From Macrostomum hystrix (taxonomy: Eukaryota > Animalia > Platyhelminthes), in contig CATNEN010000025.1 of the NCBI GenBank assembly GCA_950097015.1, forward strand, positions 5,642,001-5,706,000: a DNA stretch of 64,000 nucleotides, given 5' to 3'. Below the pieces are notes generated by a model that had not been told where the DNA came from, searched no databases, and saw only the letters and a program-made list of their open reading frames with translations. How positions within the stretch are numbered: position 1 is the first letter of the stretch; every line of letters starts with the position of its first letter. Positions 10,400 to 21,900 of this stretch are shown piece after piece. The translations under genes were made by a program, and so were the position numbers.

Positions 10400-13300
10400 T
10401 CACGGCTCGCAGCCGAACTCCTGACGTTCCAGTAGGACGGTCAGCTCCACGAATTCTCTGCCCAGACTCGATGCTTCTAATTGGCAGAGATTTTCCTGAA
10501 ACAATGAGACATGAATCATTTCAATAACAGGAAAATCAATATGACTGATGAATAAGGAGTTCAATTCACACACCTTGGCCTCAGCGGCAGCCAGGCGAAA
10601 TCTCGCCAGGTGCAACAGGTGCGACGACGCCGCGCTGACATCGCAATCGAAGCCACCGCGCTGCTGCTGCTGCTGCTGCTCGTCTGACAGCGGCGTACAG
10701 TCATTGCCACCGTTACTGCTGCCGGCATCGCCTCCATTGTCGTCCGTGCATCGCCCAAGACTCGTCACTGGGGAGCACAAGCGAACAGCTAGCAGCCTCT
10801 CGGACATTGTCAGTCGCAAATTTAGCCGAGCGTCCAACGGAAAGGCGTTGCTTAGCAACACGTGAAAGGTCAAATTGCTGCTCGTGCAGCCGCCGTAGCG
10901 CAACAGCCGCTGCCTCCGTCCGCCGTCGCCGCAATGCAGCGAAGCAGCGTCGGCCAGGCTCCAATTGCCCAGCGCCGGCGACACGAGTCTGGCTCCGAGC
11001 ACCTCCCAGAAGGCCGCTTTGGCGGAGCCGTCGGCGGCGTCGTCTCGTCCGCCGGAGTGGCCGCTGGCAGATCCGATGATGAAGACGTCGTTGGTTGAGC
11101 TGACGTCGCCGCTGCCGCTGGTGCTGATGTTCTTCCGGCTCGGACAGCAGCGCACAGGGGAGCAGGCGTTACCAGTGCCGACGCAGCTCTCGGGACGAAA
11201 CGGTATCGGTGTCGGCGGTGCTGACGATGTTGGCGTCGCGCCGTGCAGCGGCCGAGGCCACCGGCCTCCGGGCGGAGTTGTAAAGTGGCTCCTGTCGCTG
11301 CAAAACAGTAGAAAGACCACAGCGGGATATTTCAAATACCTCCATTTTTCTTTTTTGTCTGAATCTCCCAAAAATATTCAACAAATCATTATGAAAACCA
11401 AAAACATGAGCTAAAATTTTCGTTTTATCTGATGAAACAACTTCCATAATCAAAAAAACATCGGCCTCGTCGAGGTATTCAGCATTATCGTTGGGGTGTC
11501 TGGCTGGCAAAAACCAACAAATACAGGCATTATTTTTCTGCTCACTAAATTTTTTGAAGGAACCATGTCAGCTCCACAAACTATGTCAATCAGTAGTAGG
11601 GACCTTTGTTCTCAGCACCCCAGTCACCAGGGTCCCCTTCATCATCGTCTGGAGCATCGGCGGCGACTATATTGGGACCTTCAACAAAAGCACTCGATCA
11701 GCATCTAAAAGACGGCAACTTTTGTTAAAGGTCCCGACAGTCACCCGCCTCCCTCTCCACAGCCCACACTCTCCCCAGAATCACCCGCCTCCCTCTCCAC
11801 ACCCACCCCAGAATCACCCGTCTCCCTCTCCACACCCTCCCCAGAATCACCCGTCTCCCTCTCCACACCCTCCCCAGAATCACCCGCCTCCCTCTCCACA
11901 CCCTCCCCAGAATCACCCGCCTCCCTCTCCACACCCTCCCCAGAATCACCCGTCTCCCTCTCCACACCCTCCCCAGAATCACCCGTCTCCCTCTCCACAC
12001 CCTCCCCAAAATCACCCGCTGATGCTCCAGGCGGCGATGAATGGGACAACTAAAAGGAATGCTAGTTGTCCTTTTCACCAGGATCTTCGACAAGAATCGC
12101 TGAATATCTCGACGATGCTGACTCGGACGGATTTAAAAGTTATTTCGTAAAGGGTGGAATTTTTTGGTCAAAATGGTCGACTTTCATGAAAATCTGTTCA
12201 TTCGTTTTGGGAGCTATCGTGAACTAGGCAGTGGGTATTTCCCCATGGGATAAAATGGCATGGTCTTTCTACTGTTAAAAAGTAAGGCTGACGTTTCGTG
12301 GGATAAAGAGGCTTTTTAGTCTTACCCTTGGTGACTGCCAGTGCTGCTGCTGTTGCCACCGACCATGCTAGTCCCAGACAGATGCGGCAGCAGTTTCTCC
12401 ACCAGAAGCAGCGTAGCCAGGCCGAGAAAGCAGACAATGAGGATGACCAGAAGAGCAACGAGAACAACGTTGAAACGAAAGCTGCTTCGGCGTTGGGACT
12501 GTTGAAACAACTGCTGCTGACGCTGCTGCTGCTGCTGCTGCAGGTGGCATGGGAGTCGGCTCCGTTCAAGACTGCCTTGTTGCTCGCAGCAATGATTGGC
12601 CCCGGCCGATGCGGCTGCAGCTGAAGCGGCTAAGTTTGATATCGTTGACTTTGGAGACGGCTGGGGCAGTAGCGGCGGAGGCGGAGGCGGCGGAGGCGGC
12701 GGCGGCGGCGGAGACCACGAGAAGCCCGCCTCAATATCAGGATTGTACTGAGTTCCCACTGATTTAAAACGTGGCGGCGAACTGCAAAAAAATCCGACAG
12801 TTCAAATTCAGCTCTTATTGTTACCAATATTGAAAAAGTCTTTCTACTGTTAATCTCGTGATCTTCAATGCCCATCAACTGTCGCTTTCAGGCTAGATAT
12901 GTACATTCATTGACGCTTCATAAACAATGACGTTTAAAACGACTACATTTTACACATGTATGCACTGTGCTACTAGTAGTAGATGAATCGAGTAACACTA
13001 CCAAATAGAAAGGATTTTTAAACTCTCTATCGATCGCGGTATTAAATTGTAGAAAAGAGGCTCAGAATTTACATTGCACCTGGTCAAGACTCTCGGTAAA
13101 CTCTCCAAAAGAACTTTTTGCTTAAAAAGTGACTACTACTGTTGCATTTAGCTAAGATTTGCATAATCTCTTTGTAAGGCGAAGAAGTAGACCTGTAAAC
13201 TGATTCCAAGCGAAACACAATTTGATTCCCTGTTTGTTTACAAGTTTCACCGCCTCTGTAATCGCCAAAGACAGGCAGAAAAAAACTATAGAGGAGCCAC

Positions 13301-16300
13301 ATTGAAGGTGGTATCGAGTTTCTAAGCGAGGCTGCGGCACAATGGCTATCAATGTATTCGGACTAAACTTTGGCTACTATAGACAACTGCTGTTAATTGA
13401 TTGCGTTATCATGTCTGACAAGTCTATTGTAGCTGGGGTCAAATAAGACCTCCTAGTCACCCGCCTGCCTTTCCACACCCTCCCCAGAATCACCGGCCTC
13501 CCTCTCCACAGTCCACACCCTCCCCAGAATCACCCGCCTTCCTCTCTACAGTCTACACTCTCCCCAGAATCACCGGCCTCCCTCTCCACAGTCCACACCC
13601 TCCCCAGAATCACCCGCCTCCCTCTCCACAGTCCACACCCTCCCCAGAATCACCCGCCTCCCTCTCCACAGTCCACACCCTCCCCAGAATCACCCGCCTC
13701 CCTCTCCACAGTCCACACCCTCCCCAGAATCACCCGCCTCCCTCTCCACAGTCCACACCATCCCCAGAATCACCCGCCTCCCTCTCCACAGTCCACACTC
13801 TCCCCAGAATCACCCGCCTCCCTCTCCACAGTCCACACCCTCCCCAGAATCACCCGCCTCCCTCTCCACAGTCCACACCATCCCCAGAATCACCCGCCTC
13901 CCTCTCCACAGTCCACACTCTCCCCAGAATCACCCGCCTCCCTCTCCACAGTCCACACCCACTGCCAGAATCACCCGCCTCCCTCTCCACAGTCCACACC
14001 CTCCACAGAATCACCCGCCTCCCTCTCCACAGTCCACACCCTCCCCAGAATCACCCGCCTCCCTCTCCACAGTCCACACTCTCCCCAGAATCACCCGCCT
14101 CCCTCTCCACAGTCCACACCCTCCCCAGAATCACCCGCCTCCCTCTCCACAGTCCACACCATCCCCAGAATCACCCGCCTCCCTCTCCACAGTCCACACT
14201 CTCCCCAGAATCACCCGCCTCCCTCTCCACAGTCCACACCCACTGCCAGAATCACCCGCCTCCCTCTCCACAGTCCACACCCTCCACAGAATCACCCGCC
14301 TCCCTCTCCACAGTCCACACCATCCCCAGAATCACCCGCCTCCCTCTCCACAGTCCACACCCTCCCCAGAATCACCCGCCTCCCTCTCCACAGTCCACAC
14401 CATCCCCAGAATCACCCGCCTCCCTCTCCACAGTCCACACCCTCCCAGAATCACCCGCCTCCCTCTCCACAGTCCACACTCTCCCCAGAATCACCCGCCT
14501 CCCTCTCCACAGTCCACACCATCCCCAGAATCACCCGCCTCCCTCTCCACAGTCCACACCCTCCCAGAATCACCCGCCTCCCTCTCCACAGTCCACACTC
14601 TCCCCAGAATCACCCGCCTCCCTCTCCACAGTCCACACTCTCCCCAGAATCGCCCGCCTCCCTCTCCACACCCATCTTCACCGCTTGCATTGTTAAGTTG
14701 CTCAGTAAATTTTTTATATCATTAAATTGTGTAACGGATGGCAACAGCAATCACTAAGTGACCAGATATACTGATTCCAGTAAGAGAATGCCAATGAGAA
14801 ATGGACAGTTGAGAGATTTGTTAAACTGCCAGTCGCACCCCAGAAAATATTATCTAAAAATAAAAAGCACCTGTACGAGCATTGGAAAACAAAATGAGCT
14901 TTTAGTAATTTAAATTTTTGCTGCTAGCTTGCAATGATAAGGAGGTGACTCTAAACGACTCGACATAAATTTGATAAACTATTCTACTTACCTGAATAGG
15001 CTCTGACTTTAGACTCGATCTACAGTTGTGTCTAAACTGTGGTCAGCTGAGAAGCCCCACATTCGAATAGCACTTAATTCTAACATGCTCGGTCTCACTA
15101 ATATTTAGCTATTTTTGTGTACGAGTACAGCCATTTGTCTGCGCAATTCGACATTGAGTTTTGACAGAGCTTAGTGAAGGCTAGAGTAGGCTGTACAGAT
15201 TGGGTAGAGTAGGCTGTACAGATTGGGTAGAGTAGGCTGTACAGATTGGGTAGAGTAGGCTGTACAGATTGGGTAGAGTAGGCTGTACAGATTGGGTAGA
15301 GTAGGCTGTACAGATTGGGTAGAGTAGGCTGTACAGATTGGGGAGAGTAGGCTGTACAGGTTCGATAGAGTAGGCTGTACAGACTGGGTAGAGTAGGCTG
15401 TACAGATTGGGTAGAGTAGGCTGTACAGATTGGGTAGAGTAGGCTGTACAGATTGGGTAGAGTAGGCTGTACAGATTGGGTAGAGTAGGCTGTACAGATT
15501 GGGTAGAGTAGGCTGTACAGATTGGGTAGAGTAGACTGTACAGATTGGGTAGAGTAGGCTGTACAGATTGGGTAGAGTAGGCTGTACAGATTGGGTAGAG
15601 TAGGCCGTACAGATTGGGTAGAGTAGGCTGTAAGGATTGGGTAGAGTAGGGTAGAGAAGGCTGAACGAATATGATAGATTGGGGTAGCGGTGGAGTATTG
15701 ATGTTGTGATTGGGTACTGCTGAAGTACTTATAAACCACAGCCCAATTGACGCACCCAGTGACACAACCAGACGAAGCATCGTCAGCAACAGCAGCTGCG
15801 GCAGCGGCTGCAGTTGCAACAGACGAAGCGGAGGAAGCCGACGATCGTAGGGAGTCGCGCAGGCGGCACAGCTTGCTGCGCATTCGCTCCAGCTCGCCAA
15901 TTCGACAGTCTAAGCTGGCAGTCAGTTCGCCCAGCTGCTTGACGGCTCCAACATTCTCCATGTAGATTCGATCTTTGTTAACTAAGAGCAGCGGCTCTCC
16001 CGTGGGCACTCGCTCCGTGCTGCTGGCGTGCACAGCGTCTGGCAAGATGCCAGCCACCTCCTGGGCGATGACACCGGTGTCTGACATGTTCGGCGACAGG
16101 CTGTAGCTATAGATCTTGATGCGGCTGATGTTCGCCAGCTGGTCGGCGGGGCTGAGCTCACGTTCGATGGATTTGATGCGCGCATCGGATGGCTGCAGAA
16201 GGCTGCCGCGGAGCTGGAGGTTGCCGTTTACTGTCAACGCTTCGGCCGGATTCGGCGTGTTGATACCGACATTGCCTGTGTAGTAGACAACGCCAGGCCG

Positions 16301-18306
16301 CGATGTGATCCAAGCGCCGCCAGATTCGTCGATTATTTCTAGATCAGCCGGAATTATCGAATTTGGCTGCTGATGATGCGTCGGGGACTGCGGCAGCGGC
16401 AGCGGTGGCGGCGGTGTCGGCGGCGGTAGTGGCGGAGGCGGTGGCGGAGGCGGCGGCTGATTCTCGCCAGACGCAGTCGTCGCAGAGGATGCGGCAGTCA
16501 CAGCGTCAAACTGACCAGGATTCGAGGCTCTAACAATAATTAGGCGTGAAATGTAGCGCTGGACAGGCGCCACGGTGGTCTCCGTGAGGGCCTCCAGCGA
16601 CACCACCAGCTGGAAGAAGCGCTGATCCGGGTGCAGGTCACCGCGCTTGCGCTGATTGTTCATGGTGGTGGCGGCGAAGTGGAGTCGTTGCGCAACAACG
16701 CGCACAGGGCGGCCGTTTCCCGTCATGGCGACGAGGATGGGGGCGAACAGTCGCTTGGTGCGGTTCACCTCGGACTGTTCCAAGCTCACCAGCGAGTCCA
16801 ACGGAGACTCGGCCTTGACGCCGTAGAGATTGACGCGGAAGCCCGTGACTGGCTGGGGTTCAGCGCCTCCGGGTGCCACAGCCCAATGGCGACCAGTGAT
16901 ACCAACGTAGCAAGTGATCTGGAAATGATTCTTCTTCTGACAAATCCAGATGCCCTCCTTGCCACTAAACTGGAAGCCTTTGTCGGCCTCAATCTTGAAG
17001 GCGATTCTAGCTCGCTGAACTTGACCACCGCAGCTTGGCTCGACTTCTAGTAGGTCGAGAGCGGGCGCGGCGTCCCACGGTAAGAAGCGCAGAGGTGGCA
17101 GCGGGTGTACGCAGTCTTCAAGCGCCGTACAGTGATGCGAATGAGGCAACATGTTGTTCTGCCGCGATGTAAATAACGTCGGCGGTGAAGGCTCGACAAT
17201 TGTCGACGCTGGAATTAATTGAAATTAATCAGGTCCATATAAAGAAGATTACTACCATATGACAGATGTTATGACACTCACATCTATCGATTGCTATCCG
17301 AGAGTCGGTAACTCTCGCAGGCTGTGACCCGTTTGAGCAGGAGCCAGTAGGCCTAGACTCAACCTTGCCACGAGTCGCAAGTGGTCTAGGCGATGCAAGA
17401 TCCGATTCGCCAGTGTTAGATGGGCTGAAATGCGAATTGGAATATTATCTAATTAGCTCAAGAACACGCACGGTTGACAATTGAGCGCCTCGGCAGCTGC
17501 TCACCGAACTAAGCAGTGACTACTAGTCGTCCAATCTTCATATTCACCCGCCGCTGTCTTTATACACGTAACCTTGACGTTGACCGCAGCAGACGAAGAC
17601 CCCGCTGCTGCCGCCGCCGCGCCAGAGTTGCCCAATTCGGCAGGCGACTGGGCGTCCGAACTGGAATTCGACGGCGATAATGTCGGCGTGGCGGCGGACG
17701 CCCGCAGCACCTGACGGAAATGACCGAGACGACGCTTGGCCACGGGCGGTGCCAGGCCGTTGTCTCTACCGACCCTCTCCTTAGCGCTGTCTGCAGTTAC
17801 TGTACGGCTAGACTGTGCAGTGCTAGCGGCTGGAGAATTTGAGGCCATGCATTGGTATGCATGCCTGCCAGTTCCTTGTACGTGTACAGCTGACGTGGAA
17901 GATAGGTACAGGTCATAGCCTCGCTTCAGGCCTGGCTGGAGATCATTGTTATTAACTGGCACAGTTGGCAGCGATGAGGAAGCGTACGTTTTTAACTCAT
18001 CTGGCTGAAGTTGCTCGTTCTGCTGGCTAACTCTGTAATGAATATATATTTTTAAAGCCCCCTTCACTTGACAATCGTTTGAATGTTACCATCTATCATA
18101 GAAGATATGCAATGTGCGCTGTTCACTTACGGACTATCACCGGTTCCGAGTAATTCTTCTTTGATTTTCTGGCCGTCGAAAAGGCTAGCTCGGATAAATT
18201 CGGCGTTCGAAAGTATTGGATCGAATTGATGAGGCTCTAGAGATGTAGATAGATACTCCTCTTCAAGAAAGGATTGATCTCCGTCTTCAAAGCCGCCGTT
18301 GATCAT
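10400..18306 (-). CDS. MYRF: Myelin regulatory factor (membrane-bound, self-cleaving Ndt80/PhoG transcription factor); model complement(join(10400..10495,10574..11297,11460..11503?,11628..11666?,12016..12049,12326..12758,15123..15169?,15756..17208,17548..18032,18131..18306))
   Basis: Ndt80 DNA-binding domain (KIEADKGFQFS, CQKKNHFQIT, LHFAATTMNNQRKRG..PDQRFFQLVVSL, IIVRASNPGQF). ICA/peptidase-S74 autoprocessing motif QPSDARIK and TGVIAQEV...LLVNKDRIYMENVGAVKQL. TM helix VVLVALLVILIVCFLGLATLLL. C-terminal lumenal domain. Exons marked ? are frame-consistent but weakly supported. Confidence 0.92.
11745..12015. repeat. Minisatellite, 33-bp unit ccctccccagaatcacccgcctccctctccaca, abutting a MYRF splice donor
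   Basis: Tandem periodicity. On the minus strand the unit reads ...ggcgg gtgatt..., matching the predicted junction cagcgg|gtgatt at 12016/12015. Confidence 0.95.
12205..12290 (+). repeat. Short dispersed repeat, family 3 (second copy at 57168-57240)
   Basis: tttgggagctatcgtgaa(c/g)taggc...gg(g/a)(t/g)aaaat(g/a)g...tctttctactgttaa is shared between the two loci. Confidence 0.6.
13455..14670. repeat. Minisatellite, 40-bp unit (33-bp unit of 11745-12015 plus gtccaca), MYRF intron
   Basis: Tandem periodicity of 40. A variant block cccactgccagaa appears at ~13960 and ~14240 (higher-order duplication). Confidence 0.97.
15180..15660. repeat. Minisatellite, 23-bp unit gattgggtagagtaggctgtaca, at the 3' end of a MYRF intron
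   Basis: Tandem periodicity; ends about 10 nt from the predicted acceptor. Confidence 0.97.
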
Positions 18307-18915
18307 TGTCTAATATGTTTCAGCATTTGCCTTTTTAAAGTTTCAATAATAGAAATGAACTAGTCCTGTCACATCAAGTTAAAATTCATTAGCAAGCAAA
18401 AGAAATTGAATCCAGTTTTTTATATTGCTATGAAGAATCACTTACTGATCAAGAGCAGTGCAATCCAAACACCACTGCCAGGCTCAGCTGTCGTAACTTT
18501 TAATTCGGAATCAAGAATTTGCTCTGGACGTTATCTCAGTTGACGTTTATACAATATGCGTCATGTCTAGGAGTTTATGTTCTTCTCAGAAACTTCATCG
18601 ATAATAAATTTCATGCTAAATAGCAGTAAGGCAGAAAATGTCGTGCGGCAAAGTTTGGTGCTAACTAAGGTGAGAATTCATTATCTTGATTATGATGGTT
18701 TCTTTGCTTTATACTAATTTTTTTAGTTTTGCAGCTTTAAAATATATTAACTTTGAGGTTTAAAAATATAGCTTCAATACTTCTGATGCATTTAAACTAT
18801 ATTTTTGTTTTATTAAGTAAAGATTTGTGAATCATTTAAGAACTTGCATTTTCTTCGAATAATTTCTATAGTAAAATTTTATCTGACTGTTACTGACTGT
18901 AAAGTTTAATAAAAT
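18307..18915. promoter_or_regulatory. Probable bidirectional promoter / 5'UTR region between head-to-head MYRF and COMMD5
   Basis: Divergent ATGs 610 nt apart. Donor-like gtaagt on - at ~18447 and aag|gtgaga on + at ~18670 suggest short 5'UTR introns on both sides. Confidence 0.55.
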
Positions 18916-21900
18916 ATGGCTAAACCAATTAACCCAATGCAAATAAAGTACCATGAGTTTGTTGTCAGTGACCGTGACATTGACTTTCTCAGGCAAAATC
19001 GTAAAGTTTTGGTTGATCTTCCCTTTGATATGGAACTTTTAAAGGGTAAGACACAGCATGCACACTTACTAATGAATCAATTTAAAGAATATGTTATTTG
19101 CTTAAGTAAGCTTAAGAAGCTTTAAGTTGTAATTGTATAGCAACATATTTTTTTGTGCCATTTGCGAACAGTAATTAGAAAGGGAAGCAGTTCCTAGTTA
19201 AAATTATATGTAGATTTATTTACAAGTTTCAATTGCTACTCTTAATTAAATGTAATTTAATGTAGAAAGCTGGGAATATTCTAAATAAATTTGAAACTGA
19301 AACTTAAGGTAAAAAATAAAGTGCTTTAAAACTGCTATTTTTTAATGTTGTAAGTAAAACTAAAAGGCCAATAATTTTCTTGGATTAAGCTTAGTAAGAT
19401 TAATATCAAGCTAGATAGATACTGCAATTAAACCTAACCTGAATAAGAAATCGTTTGTATTGTTTGTAACTAATTTCGGAGGCAGGGTATACCTTTGTAA
19501 AGTAAACAAGGTCCACTTTTATATTTATGAGCATATTTTTATCTATACCTTTTATGTATATATGTAGTTAGCAATATTTTTTAACCATTAGTTGTTTTAG
19601 TTTTAAATTTTTATAACCTATCTCATAAACATTGCAAATACCTAAGCTGAAACTTTAAGGGCTAAGATTTACACTGCCATGAATAGTAGCTAAAATCCTG
19701 CAATGAAACTTAACTTGTTAAGGCATTATTTAGTACAACACAATCATCTACTATATGTTCTCATTTTAGACAGCTAGTGTGGCTCCTATTTTATTTTTTT
19801 ACCACAGCATACATCAGTTGCTAGTTTAGTCATGATAGATTTTACTTTTTTTGCAAAGAATCTAGCTTCACTAACTTTTTTTCTAGAAAATCAAAAGTGC
19901 AAAAATTAATTTAAAAAAAATAAAAAATAAAATCAAAATTAAAAAAATGTACTGTAAAATATCCATTTTAGCATCGCACAAAATGAAATGCGGCAAGAAA
20001 GATGCATAACCAAAGTTATTATCAAAAGTGCTTTATATACAAGCCGCAACGTGCATATTGAGCGTGGGGAGGTGCAAGAGTGTAGCGTGAGTCAAAACAC
20101 CCCCGGCTTAGCGCGCCGGCGGGTGGTGCACCCACCCCTTGGCTAGGCGGCCAGGGTTTGAGTGTGACTGCACTGCAGATGGCGCTGCGTGCAGGCTTGG
20201 CCGCCACAACATGTTGTAGTTTATTAAAAAAATATTATGATATTTGGTTGACTTTTTGTACTGGTTTTTCCCATAAAAATACTATAGAATGCTACTCTTT
20301 GGATAAATCTTCTACCCGATAAGTGGAAAAGTCTATAATGAAAGGAATATTTAGATTTAAATAGTTTCTCCATCAGTCAAATTACAATATCATTAAGAGT
20401 CTATCGATTTTTTATTAGAACACTTTTAGAGACGTCATTTAGTTTTCCTTTCTTCTGAATGGGTAATATGAACTCTTTCTAACCTGCAACTTTAACCATT
20501 TGTGTAACAGCTGCTGCCAAGCTGTGTGCCAATCAGCCTAACCCGGCACTGCTGCAGAAAATCTGCTCTGCAGCCGCGGCCCCGGCTGACAATGAGAAGC
20601 GGGCCCTGGCTCTGGGCATCCTGCTGCGATTGTTCCGCTCCACCCGCGACCTGCCGCCTAAGCTGCGCCAGCGAGACCGCCTGCGCGAAGACCTGCGCCA
20701 GCTGAAGTACCCGGAGGCCTGGACTGACGGTCTGGTGGAGATGGCCTTCGATTCCGGGTTAGAAAATTTTTTCGAAGGACGCGATTTGAGTTCGCTGTGC
20801 CTGAAGGTGTCTGCCTGAAGAATGTTTCCAGATCGCCTGAAGGTGTCTGCCTGAAGAATGTTTCCAGATCGCCTGAAGGTGTCTGCCTGAAGAATGTTTC
20901 CAGATCGCCTGAAGGTGTCTGCCTGAAGAATGTTTCCAGATCGCCTGAAGGTGTCTGCCTGAAGAATGTTTCCAGATCGCCTGAAGGTGTCTGCCTAAAG
21001 AATGTTTCCAGATCGCCTGAAGGTGTCTGCCTGAAGAATGTTTCCAGATCGCCTGAAGGTGTCTGCCTGAAGAATGTTTCCAGATCGCCTGAAGGTGCCT
21101 ACCTGAAGAATGTTTCCAGATCGCCTGAAGGTGTCTACCTGACGAATGTTTCCAGATCGCCTGAAGGTGTCTGCCTGAAGAATGTTTCCAGATCGCCTGA
21201 AGGTGTCTGCCTGAAGAATGTTTCCAGATCGCCTGAAGGTGTCTGCCTGAAGAATGTTTCCAGATCGCCTGAAGGTGTCTACCTGAAGAATGTTTCCAGA
21301 TCGCCTGAAGGTGTCTGCCTGAAGAATGTTTCCAGATCGCCTGAAGGTGTCTGCCTGAAGAATGTTTCCATATCGCCTGAAGGTGTCTGCCTGAAGAATG
21401 TTTCCAGATCGCCTGAAGGTGTCTGCCTGAAGAATGTTTCCAGATCGCCTGAAGGTGTCTGCCTGAAGAATGTTTCCAGATCGCCTGAAGGTGTCTGCCT
21501 GAAGAATGTTTCCAGATCGCCTGAAGGTGTCTGCCTGAAGAATGTTTCCAGATCGCCTGAAGGTGTCTGCCTGACGAATGTTTCCAGATCGCCTGAAGGT
21601 GTCTACCTGAAGAATGTTTCCAGATCGCCTGAAGGTGTCTACCTGACGAATGTTTCCAGATCGCCTGAAGGTGTCTGCCTGAAGAATGTTTCCAGATCGC
21701 CTGAAGGTGTCTGCCTGAAGAATGTTTCCAGATCGCCTGAAGGTGTCTGCCTGACGAATGTTTCCAGATCGCCTGAAGGTGTCTGCCTGACGAATGTTTC
21801 CAGATCGCCTGAAGGTGTCTACCTGAAGAATGTTTCCAGATCGCCTGAAGGTGTCTACCTGAAGAATGTTTCCAGATCGCCTGAAGGTGTCTGCCTGAAG

